DNA of 42,569 nucleotides, from positions 48,337 through 90,905 of the forward strand of contig CAVKVE010000001.1 in assembly GCA_963659655.1 (NCBI GenBank), given 5' to 3'. The position numbers were made by a program, and so were the translations under genes. This DNA comes from Bacteroidaceae bacterium (lineage in GTDB: Bacteria; Bacteroidota; Bacteroidia; Bacteroidales; Paludibacteraceae). Below the pieces are notes generated by a model that did no database searches, had not been told where the DNA came from, and saw only the letters and a program-made list of their open reading frames with translations. This document shows, piece by piece, positions 38,097 through 42,569 of this stretch; position 1 is the first letter of the stretch, and every line of letters starts with the position of its first letter.

Positions 38097-38160
38097 TTTG
38101 ACCGGTTCTGAGCGGCTTCGGCATGATTTGAGGGTATTTGACCGATTCTGACACACTTCG
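38097..38160. repeat. Two 24-bp direct repeats spaced 40 bp start to start
   Basis: TTTGACCGGTTCTGAGCGGCTTCG (38097-38120) and TTTGACCGATTCTGACACACTTCG (38137-38160) are identical at 19 of 24 positions. Confidence 0.8.
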
Positions 38161-38242
38161 AGAAGTTCGGAAGAAGGCGTGAGGAAAAAGGATTACACTT
38201 AGAGCATTAAAAGACACAAATTTTCCGGGCGGGATTTGGTGG

Positions 38243-38286
38243 GTAGGTGACCCGTAGGTGACTCGTAGGTGACTCGTAGGTGACCC
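38243..38286. repeat. 4 x 11-bp perfect-phase tandem array GTAGGTGACYC
   Basis: GTAGGTGACCC GTAGGTGACTC GTAGGTGACTC GTAGGTGACCC. Confidence 0.95.
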
Positions 38287-38371
38287 GTGTGGGGAACGAG
38301 GGGAGAAAAGACTATGTATTTTAGCAATACTCGGTTTTCGTAGGCCATATATGATAAAGTTGGTTAATTGT

Positions 38372-38380
38372 GGGGGGGGG
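38372..38380. repeat. G9 homopolymer just upstream of the predicted FHA-operon promoter
   Basis: TGGGGGGGGGT read directly. It ends 25 nt before the TAACTTTG box. Confidence 0.9.
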
Positions 38381-38405
38381 TATTTATAAATACAAATTTA
38401 AGTTG

Positions 38406-38413
38406 TAACTTTG
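38406..38413 (+). promoter_or_regulatory. Candidate -7 box (TAnnTTTG) for the FHA/kinase operon
   Basis: TAACTTTG lies 79 nt upstream of the ATG at 38492, with AT-rich sequence at the expected -33 position. Confidence 0.4.
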
Positions 38414-38491
38414 TAGCGATTAATTTTTTCGCCATAAAAGGTTACTCTTATAGCCATTGAGGACATAAGCTAAAAAAACAGATAAAAACCT

Positions 38492-39088
38492 ATGCGTTGT
38501 ACAGGATGCGGTTGGGAAAATCCCGACACCAACACCAAATGTGAGAAATGCGGGGCAAGCCTGCAGAGTGAAAACCGGAACTATGCCAATGCCCCTGCGG
38601 CAGGCAGTCCGCTAAACAAGACCCGTATCGAGGCGGAAGTATTCCCCGACCTTGCGGCTCCGCAGCCGGTAGCCCCCACTTGCCGTGAGGAAGAGCCTGC
38701 CTCTCCCGTTACTCCTACGCCCCACGCCGTGCATCAAGCGGCTCCTGCGGGCGGCTATCAGGGGACAGTCAATCCGTGGATACAGGTTGCGCCCAAGAGC
38801 CAATGCACACTGACCCCTATTCAGCAGGACACCGATGAGGCTGCGCCGAAAGCCATTTCCTTCAAGGGCGAGCAGCACATCCTCAATCGTGCCAATTTGG
38901 ACGAGGAGAACTACACCATTACCTCCAAGGTGCAAGCCGAACTTACTTGCGAGGACGGCGTATGGTATATTCAGGACGGCAGCCAACAGCAAACCACTTT
39001 TGTCCATGCGGGCAACAAGACCCCTCTCAAAGACGGCGATGTCGTGCTGATGGGCAACCGCCAATTCTTGTTCCATACCGATAAGTAG
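38492..39088 (+). CDS. Zinc-ribbon protein with a Pro/Thr-rich linker and a divergent C-terminal FHA domain
   Basis: N-terminus is MRCTGCGWENPDTNTKCEKCG (2 x CxxC). The C-terminus is GEQHILNRANLD...ITSKVQAEL...WYIQDGSQQQTTFV...LKDGDVVLMGNRQFLF. This follows FHA topology with non-canonical residues at some positions. Confidence 0.65.
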   Translation: MRCTGCGWENPDTNTKCEKCGASLQSENRNYANAPAAGSPLNKTRIEAEVFPDLAAPQPVAPTCREEEPASPVTPTPHAVHQAAPAGGYQGTVNPWIQVAPKSQCTLTPIQQDTDEAAPKAISFKGEQHILNRANLDEENYTITSKVQAELTCEDGVWYIQDGSQQQTTFVHAGNKTPLKDGDVVLMGNRQFLFHTDK

Positions 39089-39092
39089 TGCC

Positions 39093-40385
39093 ATGATAGC
39101 CAATCGATGTGATTATCGTGTAGGCGACAGCATCGGGCATTACCGTGTGCAGAAACAGCTCGGCGAGGGCGCATTCGGCATTGTATATAAGGTGTCGGAC
39201 CTCTCGTCGGGCAGTCCTCTTGCGCTCAAGTTGCTCAAACTATGGTCTATGGAGCCCGAACTGCGTGACCAACTCTCGCAGCGTTTCGACATGGAGTACG
39301 AGACCAGCCGTATCGATAGCCCCTATCTTGTTCATTCGGTGGGCAAAGGCATTACGGAGGGCAACCCCTATATAGTTATGGAGTTCTGCAACGGCGGCGA
39401 CCTCACTTCCGCTCCCCGCAATACCGATTGGACGCTTGTCGCGCGCCAAGTGCTGTTGGGGCTGCGTGCGCTGCACCGACACGGCAAGGTGCATCGCGAT
39501 CTCAAGCCGGAGAATGTCCTGCGCCGAGCCGATGGCACCGCCGTCCTGACTGATTTCGGTATCTCGGGCGACCGCAACCGGCGGCAGACCAAGATGGATG
39601 TACTCGGACGCCCCATGCAGGGCTTTGGCACCTACGCCTATATGCCGCCCGAGCAACTGCAGCTCAAGCGGGGCGAAGCCACCGTGTTGCCCACGACCGA
39701 TATTTTCTCGTTCGGCGTCATGATGTACCAACTGCTGACAGGCAAACTGCCCTTCGGGACGCTCGACAGCGAAGCCGATTTAGTTCTCTATATCAAACGG
39801 GCAAGCGAAGGCGATTGGAATCGCAGTCTGCTCTCGCTCTCTGCGCAGGGGACGACCTTTCTGCCTATCATTGATGGCTGCCTGCGCCCCGACTACAAGC
39901 AACGGTTGCAGTCGGTCGACGAGGTGCTTGCTTTGCTTCCTGCCACAGGCAACCCAATAGCCTCGGATTCCGATGCCGATTTTGGGGCATTTCTCGAAGC
40001 ATTCCAGAACGAACTCGCTATTTCGGGCTATCGTTTGCGTATCATGCAGGGCGAGGAATACGGCAAAACCTACGATCTCCCCGCTCGGCAATCCTGTACG
40101 CTCACGATGGGGCGCAAGAACAGCACCGTGCAGAACACACTCCCTATCGTGGAAGAGCAGAGCACTTACATCTCCCGCCGCCATTGCACGCTCCGCTACG
40201 ACGCTGCCTCCAACCTTTGGCAGATATACGACGGGCAGCAGGACGCCACCGCCTCCAACGGATGGCGGTATTCGCTCAACGGCACTTTTGTCAATTCCAC
40301 CGAGGTCGGTCCCTTTGGCTATTGGCTGCGTGTGGGCGATATCATCTCTATCGGCGATACCAAACTCCGTGTTGAGGCGTATTGA
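39093..40385 (+). CDS. Hanks-type Ser/Thr protein kinase with a C-terminal FHA domain
   Basis: GEGAFGIVYK (G-loop), ALKLLK (Lys), HRDLKPENVL, TDFGIS (DFG) and YMPPEQ. The C-terminal FHA is LTMGRKNS...YISRRHCTLRYD...SLNGTFVNS...VGDIISIGDTKLRV. The gene starts 4 nt after the previous stop. Confidence 0.9.
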   Translation: MIANRCDYRVGDSIGHYRVQKQLGEGAFGIVYKVSDLSSGSPLALKLLKLWSMEPELRDQLSQRFDMEYETSRIDSPYLVHSVGKGITEGNPYIVMEFCNGGDLTSAPRNTDWTLVARQVLLGLRALHRHGKVHRDLKPENVLRRADGTAVLTDFGISGDRNRRQTKMDVLGRPMQGFGTYAYMPPEQLQLKRGEATVLPTTDIFSFGVMMYQLLTGKLPFGTLDSEADLVLYIKRASEGDWNRSLLSLSAQGTTFLPIIDGCLRPDYKQRLQSVDEVLALLPATGNPIASDSDADFGAFLEAFQNELAISGYRLRIMQGEEYGKTYDLPARQSCTLTMGRKNSTVQNTLPIVEEQSTYISRRHCTLRYDAASNLWQIYDGQQDATASNGWRYSLNGTFVNSTEVGPFGYWLRVGDIISIGDTKLRVEAY

Positions 40386-40466
40386 TGCCCGCAGCACCAT
40401 AACCTACCCCTGCTAAAAACAACAGAAAAACAATATACAAATTCAATCTCAAAAAACCAACCCAAT

Positions 40467-41111
40467 ATGAATGCAATTACAGTCGGGCGCAGCCCCGAAA
40501 ACACCATTGTTGTCAGTCCAAACTACACCACCGTTAGCGGACGCCATCTGACCATTACACAAGCCAACGGGCAACTCTACTTGCAAGACCACAGCACCAA
40601 CGGCACCTACATCAATGGGCAATTTGTCCATAACAATCAACAGATTGCCATCACTCCATACGACACCATCACGCTCGGGCGGGAATACCACCTCGATATG
40701 TCAGCCGTCGTGCGTGCATTGCAACCCACTGCCGGCGGCGGGCGAGAAACAATGCTTCGTCAGCCCCAAGAACCGAGGTATGTGGATCCTCCATTCACAC
40801 CGCAGCCCGCAGAAACGCCGCACCGTGCCGAGCCCAAGAACTTGAATTCCTTCAACTGGGGTGCATTTTGGCTCAATTGGCTATGGGCAGTTTGCCACAG
40901 TGTATGGTGGGGATTGCTTGGTTTCATCCCAATTGTCGGCATCATTATTCCCTTCGTGTTGGGATTCAAAGGCAACCGTGCTGCTTGGGAAAAGTTCAGT
41001 GGCACGGCTGAGGAATTCGAGCGTAAGCAAGCAGCATGGAGTAAATGGGGGTGGATTATATTCGTAGTTTCATTGGTTCTCTATATTATAGTTACTTTGG
41101 CAGATATATAA
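40467..41111 (+). CDS. FHA-domain protein with a C-terminal multi-pass membrane anchor
   Basis: ITVGRSPENTIVV...VSGRHLTI...LQDHSTNGTYINGQ (canonical FHA). A Pro-rich linker follows, then hydrophobic spans FNWGAFWLNWLWAVCHSVWWGLLGFIPIVGIIIPFVLGF and WGWIIFVVSLVLYIIVTL. Confidence 0.85.
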   Translation: MNAITVGRSPENTIVVSPNYTTVSGRHLTITQANGQLYLQDHSTNGTYINGQFVHNNQQIAITPYDTITLGREYHLDMSAVVRALQPTAGGGRETMLRQPQEPRYVDPPFTPQPAETPHRAEPKNLNSFNWGAFWLNWLWAVCHSVWWGLLGFIPIVGIIIPFVLGFKGNRAAWEKFSGTAEEFERKQAAWSKWGWIIFVVSLVLYIIVTLADI

Positions 41112-41124
41112 AACCCACCCAACT

Positions 41125-42569
41125 ATGGCACAAACCAACTACAAGCGCACACTGACGGGGTCAGTCGGCGCAGGATTAGGATCTGTATTCTCCGCTAACG
41201 GCAAGAGTTACTACATCTTGGAGCATAAGGTGTCCTCCAAGTACCACCACGCAGGCGAGGCACAAGAGATTATCGTCGATGAGGCAGAACTCGGGCGTGA
41301 CGCCAAATGCCAAGTGCAGTTCGACGAGTCGTTCACTACGGTCAGCCGTCGCCATGCGGCGATTGTGCGTGACGGCGAGAACTGGAAACTCGTGCAATTG
41401 AGCCAAACCAACAAGACTTTCCTCAACGGACACCCCGTCACCTCGGAGTGGTACTTGCAGAACGGCGATGAGATACAACTCTCCGTCAATGGTCCCAAAC
41501 TCGGCTTTATCATTCCACAGGGGGCAAAAGCCAAGACGGGCAGTATTGCGCTCTCTCGCCGCTTGAGCCTATTCCGCCAGCAGGCACTCCGCCCGTACAA
41601 GGCCGCCATGACGGCTATGGCGGTCGTCATCGTGCTGCTGATAGGCGGCGGCACGGGTGTCGGTATTTGGCTCGGCAAGGAAAACGCCAAACTCAAAGAG
41701 GGTGCGGCGCTTACCCAAACGCAAATCAACGAGGCGCAACTGGCACTCGCCGAGGCACAAGCCAAGCAGGCAGATTTGAGCCGCGAACTGAATAAGACCA
41801 AACGCGACCTCACCAAAGCCATACAATCTCTGCCTCAGCAGACCACCGATCCGGAAGCAGTCCCGAAAGTGAATGCTGTTTCCACGACGGGCAACGCCGC
41901 TCTCGACGCCGTGCTGCCTTACATCTACTTTGTCTATATCCGTAAAGTGGAACTCTCCTTCGAGGGGCAAACCAAGACGATAGAGGGTTTAGGCTCCGGC
42001 ACAGGTTTCCTCTTGAGCGACGGCCGCTTTGTTACGGCCCGTCATGTGATAGAGCCGTGGATGTTCCCGTCGGGCGATGACGATACGCAGAACATTGCCA
42101 TCAACGCCATTGCCCACAGTGGCGGCACGGTTAAGTGCTATATTGATGCCTATTCGCCTACGGGCAAGCAACTGCATTTCGTTTCGACCAATGCCAAGAC
42201 CGACCGTTCTTCCGATAAACGCTATGCGTTGGACGGTGGGGCGACTATCGCCATTCCGCAGGAACTCTCTGCCGACTGGGCATCGTTCCGTACGAGCGAG
42301 CAGGGTGGGTTGGCATTCCACAACGCTTTGAGCCGAGAACTGAAGATGACCACCGAACTGCAAGTCTTGGGCTATCCGTTGGGTCTTGGAGCGAACTCGC
42401 CCACCGACATCAGTCCTATCTTTGCGACGGCGCAAGTGGCGAAACAGGGATTGGAGCATGGCATGATTGCCACCACCAATTCGGGCTACGAGCATGGCAA
42501 CAGCGGTGGACCCGTCTTCGCCACTACCACAGACGGCAAACTATTGGTAGTCGGATTGGTTTCTTCCGG
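41125..42569 (+). CDS. FHA - TM - coiled coil - trypsin-like (S1/S1C-type) serine protease; 3' end outside the window
   Basis: Not in the ORF track because no stop falls inside the window. My own translation from ATG 41125 gives MAQTNYKRTL...AELGRDAKCQV...VSRRHAAIVRD...SQTNKTFLNGHPV (FHA). Then TM AAMTAMAVVIVLLIGGGTGVGIWLG, then coiled coil INEAQLALAEAQAKQADLSRELNKTKRDL. The protease part has GSGTGFLLSDGRFVTARHV (His), ADWASF (Asp) and GYEHGNSGGPVF (Ser). Confidence 0.85.
   Translation, partial: MAQTNYKRTLTGSVGAGLGSVFSANGKSYYILEHKVSSKYHHAGEAQEIIVDEAELGRDAKCQVQFDESFTTVSRRHAAIVRDGENWKLVQLSQTNKTFLNGHPVTSEWYLQNGDEIQLSVNGPKLGFIIPQGAKAKTGSIALSRRLSLFRQQALRPYKAAMTAMAVVIVLLIGGGTGVGIWLGKENAKLKEGAALTQTQINEAQLALAEAQAKQADLSRELNKTKRDLTKAIQSLPQQTTDPEAVPKVNAVSTTGNAALDAVLPYIYFVYIRKVELSFEGQTKTIEGLGSGTGFLLSDGRFVTARHVIEPWMFPSGDDDTQNIAINAIAHSGGTVKCYIDAYSPTGKQLHFVSTNAKTDRSSDKRYALDGGATIAIPQELSADWASFRTSEQGGLAFHNALSRELKMTTELQVLGYPLGLGANSPTDISPIFATAQVAKQGLEHGMIATTNSGYEHGNSGGPVFATTTDGKLLVVGLVSS

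Noticed and set aside
37867-38217. 116-aa - strand ORF in the FHA-operon leader region
   Set aside because: It spans the dispersed repeat blocks and the 24-bp direct repeats, has no recognisable family or start context, and its composition looks like translated non-coding DNA.
38492-42569. Interpreting the FHA/kinase genes as the Fha1/PpkA post-translational regulators of a type VI secretion system
   Set aside because: No T6SS structural genes (TssB/C, Hcp, VgrG, TssK etc.) occur anywhere in the window, and the module carries a protease instead. This cannot be excluded for sequence beyond the window end, so it is listed as a refutation test rather than a call.

Overview
This looks like a chromosomal window from a Bacteroidota genome, probably Bacteroidales or Prevotellaceae-like. 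The grounds are DUF4271 and DUF5686-type genes, TAnnTTTG -7 boxes, the lack of obvious Shine-Dalgarno sites, and about 52% G+C in housekeeping genes by hand count. Most of the window is tightly packed core genes. On the + strand: mutS, an HD hydrolase, lpxD, pyk, a K+/H+ antiporter and an SDR-family protein. On the - strand: trmD, a U32-peptidase/DUF4271/hemD-like/rnpA/yidD string, asd, acpP-fabF, rmuC, a DUF5686 outer-membrane protein, a phosphoethanolamine transferase, xseB (55 aa, missed by the ORF track), a polyprenyl-phosphate sugar transferase, tsaC and a succinate/acetyl-CoA transferase. Three regions are accessory. (1) 11.3-13.7 kb is a decayed defence-type islet. It holds an N-terminally deleted DUF4143 ATPase fused to an HNH fragment, an intact AT-rich GIY-YIG/DUF4357 gene, a stump of an upstream gene, a 6 x 13-bp array and a 151-nt G-free C-rich tract with a C12 run. 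(2) 23.9-28.6 kb is one gene for a 1560-aa secreted protein built from five lectin-like modules and three beta-sandwich spacers. (3) 38.5 kb to the window end is a four-gene operon in which every product carries an FHA domain: Zn-ribbon-FHA, Hanks Ser/Thr kinase-FHA, FHA-membrane anchor, and FHA-TM-coiled coil-trypsin-like protease. The last gene runs off the window and is absent from the ORF track. This operon is my best candidate for an undescribed system. It sits behind a 670-bp repeat-rich leader with a G9 tract next to the predicted promoter. The intergenic DNA also holds many short tandem arrays (7, 11, 13, 14, 16 and 20 bp units). No rRNA, tRNA, CRISPR array or intact mobile element was found.
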